The translations under genes were made by a program, and so were the position numbers. Source: Felis catus (lineage: Eukaryota). From it: 64,000 nucleotides of DNA. The notes beneath the pieces were generated by a model. The model did no database searches. It was not told where the DNA came from and saw only the letters and a list, made by a program, of their open reading frames with translations. Of the stretch, positions 26,751 through 39,196 are shown in pieces (the first letter of the stretch is position 1; each line of letters starts with the position of its first letter). The stretch spans positions 3,472,001-3,536,000 of the forward strand of contig NC_058383.1 in NCBI RefSeq assembly GCF_018350175.1, read 5' to 3'.

Positions 26751-27701
26751 AACATGGGGTGTTTAGAGCTTCGAGTCTGCATTTAGCTTTCTGGAGGAAG
26801 CGGGCCTGTCGGCACTGTGTCTGCTCAGGCTCCTCCTCGCCCTCCTGGACCGCCCTCCGGTTTTCCGAGATCTCGGGTTCTTGTGCCGTCCCCCAGCCCC
26901 CTGGCCACTTGCAAGCTTAACGAGCACATTTTTGCTCATTTGTGTCGTTTGACACCTTTATGAAGTGTTAAAAGCTCAGGGCCCTGGAATGACCCACCTC
27001 GGCACGGCACGTTTGGCCTGAAACTCCCTCTGTGCTCCAGCCTTCCCTCCACGTGTGTCCGCTGGGTCCCCCAGAGCCACACAGCCTGCACAAGGCTGAG
27101 TGTGCCTGACATAGGCATGTGGAGTCAGGGCTTTCCTGGCTGGTGTGAGGTCATGGTGTCTCTTGACTTGGCCTGCTGGTCTGGCTCCCAGGCAGCGACC
27201 AGTCCTTCTCCGTGAAAGGTTCTTTGAAGAAGCACCAGTTCTTTGAAGAGTGTGTGTTTGGGACAGAAGCGGGCGGAGACTCCACCCCTCCCCCGGTCAT
27301 CGTGTGGTGGAAATGGCTCTGGACCCTAAGTGAGGACACGCGGCCACGTGGGGTCACGTGGGATCCTGGCCAGGTCTTCTCTCTGGGCCTGTCTCTGCAT
27401 CCTCACCTGTTAAGCAGGAGGGAGGACAGGAGGGTGTGAGGTTCGTGACGTTTGTACCCAGAGACTTCACCCTCAGGCCCCGCCCTCTGGGTCCTGACCC
27501 TGGCAGGACCTTGGACTTGGCAGGAGCCTTATCTCCAAGGCTTAGACCGAAGGTGTGTGCAAGATTCAGCTAACCTGCCCGTGTGCGGGACACGGGGTGG
27601 GTCTGCCCAGTGCGACTCGCACCAGGCAGTTGCACACGGTGTAAATGGCAGCATCCACTTTGCGGCTCCTCCGTCCCCTCTCACCATCTTCTCTCCCACA
27701 G

Positions 27702-27811
27702 GTTGGAGCCATCGGAGAGGAGGAGGAGTGGGTCAGCCTCTACGAGGAGGAGAATGAGCCTGACGCCCAGACGCTGGAGATCCCAAACCTCACACCCTAC
27801 ACTCATTACAG
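27702..27811 (+). CDS. SDK1: SDK1 internal exon (110 nt, phase 0-2): VGAIGEEEEWVSLYEEENEPDAQTLEIPNLTPYTHY(R)
   Basis: Acceptor cttctctcccacag|GTT, donor ACAG|gtgaga; NLTPYTHY FN3 tyrosine corner; follows a ~24-kb intron. Confidence 0.95.
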
Positions 27812-29454
27812 GTGAGAACCTCGGGTGCTAGACTGCCACAGGAGGAGGGCTGGCAAGGCCAGCGGGTGGCTTCAGCCCGCAAGACCAAAACCCAGCTCTG
27901 TGTATGTGACCGAAGCATTTCTCAGCAGCGGTAACAGTCCATGTTACCTGAATTCACATTACATGAATCCTCAGGAGGATTCCAAGAGAGAGTATATCCC
28001 CGAGGCCAGATTAGCAGCTCTGCTTCCTTCAACACCAGCTGCGATGGCTCACTCTTAAGTTAGGCTTAATACCAAAAGCCCCAGGCAGCCCAGACGTGGC
28101 TCTTCACAAAGCCCAGTGACCCCTTGTGCCTGTCAACAGTCTGTGTATAAACAAAGCACCTTCCACTGAACATCCTCTGCTTCCCGTTGCAACGCCCAGG
28201 AGCCGCGGGCCTCACTAATCAAGCACTTAACATGCCATTTAACCTTTTGCTTCTTGATCCTGAAACCTATCCAGGCAGTAAATCCTTGGCCTTAACAAAG
28301 GGTAGCGTGATCACAAGCCGTTAGAGATGTTATAACTTCCCGTAAGATCATTGACCAAGATGAAATTTCCAGTTATCGCCAGATGTTGAGTTTGATAATG
28401 TCACTGTTCTGCCAGGACGGATACTTTTCATAAGATCGGGGAGTAAAAGACTAAGAATGACTAATTCAGAGAGTAAAAGGTGAAATTGCATCTTTGTAAA
28501 GAACATTTTTTTTGAGTATAATACCGACATTACTTTTTTTTTTTTTCTAAATGCCTAATGAGAGATGCTGTTCAAGCTTCTGTTCGTTTTAACAGCCTCC
28601 CTCAGATTAGAGCAGATGAATCAAGGCACCACGCACTCGCTTTTCGAGAAATATTTTTCTCCGCACGTGAGCTGCAGGGCCTCCAGGCTTCCCATGTGAA
28701 ATTGATGTCAGTTGTACAATTGCTTCGAAGGCCAGAAACTGTGATTAGAGACCCCTGTCCATGTCCTATTCCAGACTCTGTAAGAGATGCGTGTTTGCTC
28801 AGGGTACATTTATTGGACAAAAGTTCACTCCAAGTAATCGACATGCAAATCACAGAGAACTGAAAACATTAGCCCAACCAAGCTTTAAAGCACATCCGCC
28901 CCCACCCTCCTCTTATAGGCAAGGAAATGGAGACGAGTCTGATTTGCCTCGGGTCCCAATTGCCAATGGGGTTCGGGTCCTGGGGTGCGGATTCTGGGGC
29001 CAGTGCACCTCTCCTGAGCCGACAGAGGATGGGGTGTGGGCATCCGTTCTGGTGAAAAGACACCAGACTCTCGAGGCCACCATTGGTCGTGACATCCTGA
29101 CACTCCAGTTCTGTCAACTGCTTCTTTGAACACCAACCCCCTGTCCTTACCCCAAACTCGAATCAGCCGGTGGCATCTGACGACACAGATTTCTGGCCAT
29201 GAAACCCATTCCATTACGCTGCACTCGGGAATGTAGCATCTCTGAGTTTCAATGAATTTACCATTCTTTGGAGGTTTTTGGGGAAAAGGACCAGATACGC
29301 AATTTGCATTTTTAATGAAACCAGGTGGAAAGAAGGTGCCCTTGAGCGGCAGCCTTGATGCCACAGAGGGACACACGCCTGCACCTTCCGAGAACGTTGT
29401 GGGTTTTTTTGTTCTGTCCATCTTTCCACATTGCCTTTTGCCATTTGCCTCTAG

Positions 29455-29605
29455 ATTTCGAATGAGGCAGGTGAACATCGTCGGTGCCAGCCCCTTCAGC
29501 CAGTCCTCCCGGGTCATCCAGACCCTGCAGGCGCCCCCGGACGTGGCTCCGACCAGCATCACCGTGCGGACTGCTAGTGAGACCAGCCTGCGGCTCCGCT
29601 GGGTG
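29455..29605 (+). CDS. SDK1: SDK1 internal exon (151 nt, phase 2-0): (R)[50 protein letters not shown]
   Basis: Acceptor catttgcctctag|A, donor GTG|gtgagt; within ORF 29252..29665. Confidence 0.95.
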
Positions 29606-30207
29606 GTGAGTTGGGGGGCCGGAAGTTGGCGGCAGGGACGGTCATCTCCAGTGTCCAGGACCTAGCGTGAAACCAGAGCTTAGTGATGCGTTGGCCACGG
29701 CTTTGTCCTAGTCACAGCTAACCTCTTGGTGAAACCAAAAAGTATTGCGTTTTCCCGTTGGCCTTGGGTCACAGACCAGCCCCGGAGACCCTGTTAATTA
29801 ATTAGCAGCATCACTCACTGGCTTCTTGGAACTGAGGAATATTCTCTGGGGGAGGGAAACCAGTGGTGCCATAAGCTGGACCTGTAAGTCCTTAAGCTGG
29901 GTCAACATGAAGCCAATACTCAATGTTTGTACGAGAGCCAGCCTGATATTTATTCAGAACGTTTCCCCACAAAATTAAGCCAAGATGTATTAAAAGAAAT
30001 TACGTCCAGCCAAAGTTACTGATAGGGTTTCATTTAATTAACGGAAGAAAAGTTCTGGGGGGACAAAACGCGGTAAAGGTTCCAAGCGTGTTCCCCGCGG
30101 GAAATATTTTCCAAGGAATTGGCCTCATAAGACAGGCCCAGGCTTGGCGGCCTGGACAGGTGGCAGTTCGGAGATGCCGGCTCACCCCGGGTGTCGTTTG
30201 TTTCCAG

Positions 30208-30445
30208 CCCCTGCCCGATTCCCAGTACAACGGGAACCCCGAGTCGGTGGGCTACAGGATTAAGTACTGGCGCCCCGACCTCCAGCCCCAGGCACTGGCA
30301 CAGGTCATCAACGACCGGCTGGAGAGGGAGTTCACCATCGAGGGGCTGGAGGAGTGGACGGAGTACGAGCTCCAGATGCAGGCGTTCAACGCCATCGGCG
30401 CCGGGCCTTGGAGCGAGGCGGTGCGGGGCCGCACGCGCGAGTCAG
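30208..30445 (+). CDS. SDK1: SDK1 internal exon (238 nt, phase 0-1): PLPDSQYNGNPESVGYRIKYWRPDLQPQALAQVINDRLEREFTIEGLEEWTEYELQMQAFNAIGAGPWSEAVRGRTRES
   Basis: Acceptor tttgtttccag|CCC, donor TCAG|gtgagg; within ORF 30088..30555. Confidence 0.96.
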
Positions 30446-30799
30446 GTGAGGTGGGGGGGCTCTTCCCGCCCCGGGGCTCAGCCCCCACCCGTGTCCCCAG
30501 TCATCACGTCCCATTGGCTCTGTCCCCACCTGTGTCTATGTCCACACTCTCCTAACCCGGTAATCAGGTCAACTGCGACTGTGACTTAAGTAGAACGTCA
30601 TTAGAGTGAATGCCACTAATCTGAAATTAATGACGGATTTTACCGGGGGCTGGATTCACGGTATTATTTGCGAAGTGAGGCACGGTTCTCACCATCAGTG
30701 ATAAGAAGCAAGAGTGTACAGAGTTCCTAAGGGAGATCTTTATAGCACAAGGCCGCCAGGACCTCCTCTTGACAAAGTAGTTTGTGGGCGTCTTAAGAT

Positions 30800-31140
30800 A
30801 GTCTCACCTGCACTGACAAAGAGCCCCTCGAAGGTTCAGTGGCTTTAACACAATAGAAATCCACTTTCAGTTGCCACCAAGTAGGACTGTTCCTGTTCAG
30901 GGGGTGGCTGTCTTCGAGGTGACTCAAGGACCCAGGCTGTGCTGTGCCGTAAGACTAATTGTCATCTGTGCCCAGCTACCAGAGGGAGAAGAAAGAGTAA
31001 AGAGCGGGCATGCCTGACCCTTAGAATCTTTCCAGAAACGGTACGCACTTCTCTGGGCAGAGCCACCTGGCTCGGGGTTGCCGCCGGTTGCCAGGGAGGA
31101 AGGGAGAAGTGTCGGGTCAACAGGCAAAAATGTGGACTGC
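30800..31140 (-). mobile_element. Old MLT1 (J/K-like) LTR fragment
   Basis: tcagtggctttaacacaatagaaat...gtgactcaaggacccaggctg. Confidence 0.5.
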
Positions 31141-32099
31141 GGTCTGGTAAGGACTAGTGTGTTCCCTGAACCTTCTGGGCTTTGTGGGCTCACCTGTGGT
31201 TTGGGGGACCCTCACTGGCCCAGTTTGAGATTATGGAGTCCCAGAAAAGGGCTGCTGTCCTATTGAAAGGGTATGGTGATACAGACCAGCTCCTTCGACC
31301 TGGTCTGAAACGGCTAGGTTCTCTCCTGAATGGGTGGAAATGTATCGTTCCTCTTCCAAGAGGACCGACATTTAAAGAGGGGTTTGCCACAACAGCCGGG
31401 GCTGCCTCAGATGCCTTCCTGGCTTTCTTTTCGGCTGTAGGTTTTATTACGTTAGCGATAAAAGATTGAGACTGTATGCTCAGCTTGTGGCTGTCTGATC
31501 ACATGGATTTTTAAAAAGCTCTATTCAGTGTCTGAGTCTTTGTGACAAAGAAGAGAACTTGAAACATTCTAAGGGACTGTTCTAACTCCAGTAACAGGCA
31601 GACCAAGAAAATATTAGGAAAAAAAAAAAAAACGCGTCACCGTGACTAACTAGAAAATTGTGGACAAAATATAATTAGGGGGGATTTTGAATTTATTGGT
31701 TGTCCTCATAAGAAAAACAGGGGAAATCCCCATGTGTCAGAGACACGAAGGGACGGAAGCATTAGGTGGTGAGCTGGTGCGGTGGCTGCCCCAGGGGGCT
31801 GGCACGGGGAGGGGACATCCATCCTGGGAGCTGCAGGACTCAGGACATGGTGCCCATCCAGGAAAAGGAGGTTCAACCGTGAGTCTCTGCAAGGCGGGGG
31901 GTGTTGGAATCGAGACACTTGCCTACAGACAAGGCTCCTGAACACTGTACCATCTTTGAAAGAAGAGACTGAAAAGCTCTGCCCGAGGAAGTTTGTCCAC
32001 ATCTACCTGTCTACCTGGACGCTGAATGGGAAGAAGCGAAGTAACTCTAGGTCCCATGCCCGACTCAGGTTGGGGCTCCGCCTTTATACTGTCCCAGAG

Positions 32100-32540
32100 A
32101 CTTGTAGAAAAGAAATTAATGTAAAACTTGGTTCCAGACACCAAAATCACAAGCAAAAAAAGAAAAATTTGACTTCATTAACATTAAAAGCTTTGTGCTT
32201 CAAAGACTACCATGAAGAGAGTTAAAAAAAGAACACAGTCCCCCAATCGTAGAAGATATTTGCAGATCATACATTTGATAAGAGAGTTATGTCCGTGATG
32301 TACATATAAAAACTCTTACAACTCCAAATGAAAAGATGCCCCAATTAATAACTGTACAAAGGATCTGAATATCCATTGTTCCAAAGAAGACATGCAAATG
32401 GTCAGTTAAGCACACGAAAGGATGTTCAGTGTTATTCACTGCCAGGGAAGTGAAGATGAAAACCGCAGTGAGTGGCTAGTTCGCACCCCTGAGGTGGCTA
32501 AAATAAAATCTAAAATCAAGATGGACAATAACAAGTGCTG
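32100..32540 (+). mobile_element. L1 ORF2 3' region remnant
   Basis: gacttcattaacattaaaagcttt...atatttgcagatcata...ccaaagaagacatgcaaatgg...gacaataacaagtgctg. Confidence 0.8.
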
Positions 32541-32940
32541 TTATTAAAATAAGCATGGTTCAGAGACGGTACACTTGGTGTGTCATCGGAAGGCCCTGAG
32601 GAACATCCTCACTGACCGGCTTCTTACCCCGGGGGAGACAGCGATCCACTCCTCCTGAAACGTTGTGTGTTACAACCCAATGAGCGATTTCACTGGCCTC
32701 AAAAACAGAACAAATTTTTTTTAAGACAAAAAGTGAAAAAGAAAAAGAAAGAAAGAAATGTGGTCCTGGGCCAGACTTTCTGGGCAACCAAAGAAGGAAA
32801 CTTCTATGGAGAGATACTGTCACAGCCAAATTGACCCAGATAAAAAACAACTTTTAAAAGATGAAAAAGATGAATTCACAATTTTTGCCAAACACACAAT
32901 GGAATACTCTGTCATGTGTAATAATGAGATCCTTTTTAGT

Positions 32941-33497
32941 AAGGGAGGGAGGGAGGGAGGGAGGGAGGAAGGAAGGAAGGAAGGAAGGAAGGAAGGAAGG
33001 AAGGAAGGAAGGAAAGGAGGGAGGGAAGGAAGGAAGGGAGGGAGGAGAGAGGAAAGGAAGGGAGGGAGGGAGGGAGGGAAGGAAGGAAGGGAGGAGGGAG
33101 GGATGGAGGGAAGAAGGAAGGAAGGAAGGAAGGAAGGAAGGAAGGAAGGAAGGAAGGAAAGGAGGGAGGGAAGGAAGGGAGGGAGGGAGGGAGGGAGGGA
33201 AGGAAGGAAGGAAGGAAGGAAGGAAGGAAGGAAGGAAAGGAAGGAGGGAAGGAAGGAAGGGAGGGAGGAGAGAGGAAAGGAAGGGAGGGAGGGAGGGAAG
33301 GAGGGAGGAAAGGAAGGAGGGAGGAAGGGAAGGAAGGAAGGAAGGAAGGAAGGAAGGAAAGGAGGGAGGGAAGGAAGGAAGGGAGGGAAGGAAGGAAGGG
33401 AGGAGGGAGGGATGGAGGGAGGAAGGAGGGAGGGAGGGAGGAAGGAAGGAAGGAAGGAAGGAAGGAAGGAAGGAAGGAAGGAAGGGAAGGAAGGAAA
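32941..33497. repeat. (GGAA)n/(GGGA)n compound polypurine tract, ~557 nt
   Basis: Pure A/G except two T bases (ggat). Confidence 0.98.
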
Positions 33498-33574
33498 CAG
33501 GACCTGATTACTTTAAAGTACATACTAGTATGAAAGAGAATATGTAATAAGTATGTTTAAAATTATTGAAGGCT

Positions 33575-34050
33575 TACAGTTGCAAGATGAATAAATTCTA
33601 AGCAATCTTATGTACAGCATAGTGATTATAGTTAATAATACTACTTTAAAGTTGCTAAGAGGTGCACCCGGGTGGCTCAGTTGGTTGAGCATCCAACTTT
33701 GGCTCAGGTCATGCCTAGCTTGTGGGTTCGAGCTCCGCGTTGGGTGCTTGTTGCTGCCCATGCAGAGCCTGCTTCAGATCCTCTGTCCCCCTCTCTTGTC
33801 CCTCCCCCACTTGCACTCTCTCTCTCAAAAATAAACCAACATTAAAAAATTTTTGTAAAACATAAAACAAAGTTGCTAAGAGAATATATCTTAAACGTTC
33901 TCACCACCAAAAAGGAACAATAGTTATTTGACCGAAGGAGGTGTTAGCTAATGTTATGGTGGTTATCTCTCTGCAATAAATACCACAAATTGACATGTTG
34001 CACCCATTAGTCTTATGCAATGTTGTATATCAGTTATATCTCAATAAAGG
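33575..34050 (+). mobile_element. L1MA9-like 3' terminus split by a SINE
   Basis: gatgaataaattcta...tgtacagcatagtgattatagttaataata...[SINE]...tcttaaacgttctcaccac...cagttatatctcaataaag. Confidence 0.8.
33660..33868 (+). mobile_element. Can-SINE inserted into an L1 3' UTR
   Basis: ggtggctcagttggttgagcatcc head; TSD aaagttgctaagag at 33648-33661 and 33869-33882. Confidence 0.92.
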
Positions 34051-34149
34051 TGGAATAAATATTAAAGTCTTAAACTGTGAAAAGAAAGCATTGAAACTTT
34101 AAAGATAAAATGCCATTTTGAAAGCACTTTTTAAGAAAAAAAAAAGGAC

Positions 34150-34730
34150 ACAGCCACTGAAAACGAAACACTACAATTGAGGTGAAAAGCAGTTTAGACA
34201 CTGCTAAAGAGAGAATTCTCAAACTGAAAGCTAGATATGAGTAATCTATAACTGTAACTCTAACAAGTAAATAAAATACAGTACAGAGACACAAAGGTTG
34301 AAAACATGATAGGTTAAAAGGCATAAAGAATAAAATGACAGTGTCTGACATATATCTAATAAGACTCAGAGGGGAAGGAGGGAGGAGAAGAGAGTGAGGA
34401 AGTATGTGGAGATAACGGCTGAGAAGGTTCAGAATTGATATTTTATCAGACTGAAGAAATACGCCTCCTGAGCAGAATAAAATATGTCCACACCAAAATG
34501 CATTATGCTGCAAGTGTAAAGCCTGAAAGCCAAAGGGAAAATCTTAAAACTGTTTGGAGTGAAGGCATCTTACCTGCAGAAGGCAAGACGATTTGAAGCC
34601 GACTTCTCGAGGACAGTGGAGGCCAGAAGGCAGTGGAATCATGGAATCATAACAATCCTGAAGGAGCTAAGAGAAAGTAACTTAACCTCGAGTTTTACAC
34701 TCAGCTAAATTACTTTTCAAGGATTCTGTT
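34150..34730 (+). mobile_element. Degraded L1 ORF1-region remnant
   Basis: A-rich; gacttctc...gtggaggccagaaggcagtggaat...cagctaaattacttttcaag. Confidence 0.65.
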
Positions 34731-35490
34731 CAGAAAAGTATAAATGATACGTGAAGATGAATGAAATGTAATAAAAATGGAAAATAATATTGTTTTGTTA
34801 CATTTCCAAAGAACGCTCTCAAAAAAACGAAGTAAACCAACGTCAAAATTGCTGAAGTGAGACTATATTTTTGTAAAACTCTGTTCAGCTGCTGCAAAGC
34901 TACCTTCACGATAGTGAGGAGAATGCTGAGGCTGTCAGCATCTGTGGAAACTCACTCCAGATGCTTTCCTCTCGCTCTGTCCTCTTCAGACCATCTGTGT
35001 CACCTCCTACCCGGTAACTCTGAGTAGACTTTCTTGAGCGATTTGGTTTATTTTTGTAGGGATTTCCACGTTTCAGGTGATACCGGGCTACAGATTTTGT
35101 ATCAAAACAAACAAAAAAAAAAAGGCATAACAGATTTGTGTTTTGTCTTGGTTGGCAAAAAACAACAACACGTGTGTGTACGTATCACGGAGAAGCACAC
35201 GCAGCCCCCGGCACCAACCGGATCCGTTTCAGTATTGCCACGTTTGTGGTTCACTTGTTGAGAAAGTGTTTGATCTAGAGTAAGAATTGTTCTCGCCACC
35301 TAAGCGTTGCTTTATGCTACCACATTCTTCTTTTGAGGGTTCTGGCTTACAGAAAATTTTTTTTAGTTTTTAATGGGATGTTTGTTCAGTTAGAAGAGTT
35401 TGGGTTCGGAAGGTGCCTTCATCACAAATTGAATAATAGGGTTTTTGATCTTCATTTCAAGATGTGATGATTCAGATTTCAGACACTTTC

Positions 35491-35714
35491 TAAAAATTTT
35501 TTAACGTTTATTTTATTTTTGAGAGAGAGAGAGAGAGAGTGAGCAGGGGAGGGGCAGAGAGAGAGAGGGAGGGAGGGAGGCAGAGAATCCAAAGCAGGTT
35601 CCGGGTTCTGAGCTATCAGCACAGAGCCTGACATGGGGCTCGAACCCATGAGTCATGATATCGTGACCTGAGCCACAGTCGGATGCTTAACTGACTAAGC
35701 CACCCAGGCACCCC
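35491..35714 (-). mobile_element. Can-SINE
   Basis: Reverse head gccacccaggcacccc, (GA)n; degenerate TSD cagaYYtcagacact at 35473 and 35715. Confidence 0.92.
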
Positions 35715-36852
35715 CAGACCTCAGACACTCTTCATGGTGGAAGAGCAGGGTCCTCAGAGCCCCTCTTAGGCCGATCCCTCCCCGCAAGAGTACCAGTGCT
35801 CGCATATTGGCCCTCCCAACCTGCACATTCTCTTCCAGTGTTGCTGGATCTTTGGAGCTTGGCACCTCCACCTCTGAATGGTACTTCCAGAACCTCCTGC
35901 CGGAGGCAGCCCCTCACCTCTGACAGGCAGCCCCCCGCCCCCCAGTTCCTGTTGCAGCATTTTGATGTCTTGCCTTCCCTGGTCCTGCTGAATTTGAACA
36001 CGTGCCCTCCCAACAGAGAAATCCACCCCTTCCAAGAACAGACCCTGCCAGGCACCGCTTAGCCCTCGAGGGTGGGTAGGAGGGGGTATGGGTCTCAAAG
36101 CCCAGTGGTGGAGTGCACCTGATGGGCAGGGAGGGAGCAGAGGGAGCTGAGGGGGAGAATACACTTCAGACCGTGCCTCGTGAGGGTGGCCACACGTGGG
36201 CACTTACATACGGTGTGGCCACAGGCATACTGAGAGCCGGTGTGGGAAGCACGGAGCGGAACATTTTGAAGCACATTTAAATGACGTTTCCGATTTTGAA
36301 GTACGATCTGACTGGTTTCGTGACATCTTATGATTTATTATGATATATTATAAGGATAAATGAGGCCCTAAAAATCAAGACTGAGCAGTGAGAAATCCTG
36401 TGGAGGAGAGGGAGCAAATGAAGGAGAAAAGAAGCATTGTAATCGGGATTGTTTTGAATGAAAAAGAATTTCTAGGACTGTCCCCAAACTCAAGATGGCA
36501 GATTGGAAAGGGAGTTGAAGCTGCCTCAAAATAGAGAAAGGGTAAGATTAGTTACTGGTTTATTTTTACCAACTTTAAGATACTCAAATACTTTGTAACT
36601 AAACGGCGGATTGGATCCTGGTGGGATGTGGATCCGGTGACACTGTGATCCTGAATGCTGCCATGACCTTGCTGGGGGACGCTAGACCTGCCTTTTCCAT
36701 CTGAATACAGTTTAAATGGGTTCACGAGAAAATTATCAAAGCCGAGAGATTATCTAGAAAATAAAGACTCGCCTTTTAAAGTTTGATGATTGTCTCAAGA
36801 CACATTCTTTCTGAACCACTGGAAACATACAGGACAAAATTAGTTCAGTGAT

Positions 36853-37085
36853 GGGGCTCCCAGTGATGGGGGCCTGGGTGGTTCGGTCGGTGAAGCATCC
36901 AACTCTCGATTTCGGCTTGGGTCACGTTCCCACAGTCATGGGATTGAGCTCCGTGTTGGGCTGTATGTGAGACTGCTTGGGATTCTTTCTCTCTCTCACC
37001 TTCTGTCTGTCTGTCTCCCTCCCCACCCCTGCCCTGCTCGTACAAGCACGCTCTCCCTCTCTCTCTAAAATATTAATAAATAAAT
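36853..37085 (+). mobile_element. Older Can-SINE
   Basis: ggcctgggtggttcggtcggtgaagcatcc head, CT tract, aataaa tail; degenerate TSD aattagttYagtga; small duplication CAGTGATGGGG at the head (36846 and 36861). Confidence 0.88.
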
Positions 37086-37784
37086 AGAATTAGTTTAGTG
37101 ACATCCGTAAACAGGAGAGAGTCAAACTTTATCCTGCAGGTGCACGGGTAAGATTTGCACAGCTTGCCTCCGGAGGCCCATCCCTTTGTATAAAGAGCAC
37201 TCACCTAACCGGACTGGATGGCGTGCTCTCCAGCCCTGGTTTGCCCACCTGCAGCACGGGGCTGCTCACCCCTGCCTCACTGGGTTCGTGCAGCTCCTAG
37301 ATGTGAGTGTGGATCCGAAGACCTCGTAGCACAGGATGTGCACTGAGCACATGGGCGATCTTCCTTCCCCTCCCTGTCATGTGCATGGTAATGTCACCTG
37401 CTCTCTCCAGCACCCCTGCCGCCCTCACAAAATACCACATTTAGAGGTATCACTGAACCGGGGTCTGGAAGTGAGGATTTCCCCCTGGAGAGAAAAGCCT
37501 GTAGCTCCCACAAGTTAATATGAAAACAGCCCAAGCATATTGTCTTGCTGGGCGGATTCGGGTAAAATTGAGCATCTAAATACCCCGGATCTGTGGAATT
37601 TGTTGCTAATATTAAAGAGATTTACATTTCTGTTATATCTCTGCAGGCTTAATCTGATCACTCCAAAAGGCTCAGAATTCGTTGCTCTTTCAAGGACAAC
37701 TTGATTGTTTGGGTAAAAGTTGGGCCTTTATTTATAGAAGCCTTTAGATTTTCGGTACCAACCTATTTAACTCATCCCCGGCAG

Positions 37785-37900
37785 TTCCTTCAGCCGCGCC
37801 TGAAAATGTGTCCGCCGAGGCTGTGAGCTCGACCCAGATTTTACTGACATGGGCTTCGGTACCAGAACAGGACCAGAACGGGCTCATCCTGGGCTACAAG
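37785..37900 (+). CDS. SDK1: SDK1 internal exon (116 nt, phase 1-0): (V)[38 protein letters not shown]
   Basis: Acceptor ctcatccccggcag|TT, donor AAG|gtacgc; classic FN3 start (AP.NV...W...NG.I.GY). Confidence 0.94.
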
Positions 37901-39196
37901 GTACGCGTTCAGGTGACCGTCCTCGCGTAAGTTGTAATGGGACTGCATGCCACTCCCCTAAACCAGGGAGCTTGTGTTTTCTTCCAGACCGACTGCACCT
38001 GCCATTTTGTGATATTCCTGTCTGGAGTCTTATCTAAACTTATCTAAACCTTCTGGGGATTCGGTGTGGCCGTGACCTCTTACCATAGACCAAAGCAAGG
38101 CACACACAGTAGCCACCTACTTAGCCTTGAACCTCTGCTTCCAGGCTTTGTGAAATGGGAGTCGTCATCGTAGCTGCCTCTGAGGTTAGGTATGGGACGG
38201 AAGCCGGTGTTTTCTAGGTGTGTGTGTCAGGTCCCTGTCCTTAGCTACGTGCACACGTGCCTGCACACCAGTACCCCGGGAAGTCCAGGCGGTGGCATCG
38301 GGGTGAGGGGCTGACCGCCTTCCAGCCTCTCTGGGAGCCGTTGCTGGGTGTAGTCTCACAGCTGCTTGTGTTCTGTTCCGTCACCTCCTCCAGGCAGCAG
38401 GATGAATTCTCCCAGACGTGGCCAGCTGCAGACTTCTGCCTGTCGCCTGCGGGTGTCCCGTGATTTCAATCCCTAGTCTCCGTCTTTCCCCACCTGTTCC
38501 CGAGTCTCCCTTTCAGGGAGCTCTGATTGCTCCCTCGGGCCCCACGGGACGTGGCGGTCCCCTGGAGTGGGTCCAGTGAGCCACGCTCCATGCCACATAC
38601 CTGGGTCCTGGAGAAAAGAGCTTGCTGTCCTCTATTCACTCTGCTCACTGGGGATCCCCATCTTCTGTGGCTTTCCGGTCACTGAGGGGCCAGTTCCAGA
38701 AGGGTGAGCTCTGAGGAAGGACTTAGGAAATGGGCAGGAGCAGGCGGGGCCGTGGAGGGCAGCGTCCCGGGGTGCTGAGTCTGTGTGGGGGCAGCAGTAC
38801 CTAGCCCCGGGGGAGCTGCGGCCTGGGGTTCAGGCAGACTGCAGCCACTCTCCTGAGGCAAGAGCCCAGTTTCCCAATAAGCTGGGACACGGAGTGGGGT
38901 GCAGGCTCCTGGAGGAGGCAGAACGTCTCTGTGTTCGTGACCGAGTCCTCGTTTCAGTGGCTGTGGCTGCTGTGGCTCCCGCCGTGTGCCCCAGATCTCA
39001 CAAAGCGCGTCTCGGGCCGCTCGCCCCCACGGAACACCGCACGTGGAAACTGGGTCCACAAGCCAAAACGCGGCCGTCCTAGGGGAGGCAACGGTCGCCT
39101 GGTCCTTGCCTTGGGGTTGGGAGCCCCGGTGCCCCTGAGACCCCTTCCTGGCACCGCGCGCCCTCATGACCGTGCACTTGTGTGCTGATGCTCCAG

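Noticed and set aside
27965..27982. Perfect 8-bp inverted repeat GAATCCTC-ag-GAGGATTC
   Set aside because: The loop is too short for a stable hairpin, and a few such palindromes are expected by chance in 64 kb.
32758..33547. Long ORFs (249, 228 and 195 aa) rich in EGRK or PSF
   Set aside because: They are translations of the stop-free (GGAA)n tract, with no coding features.
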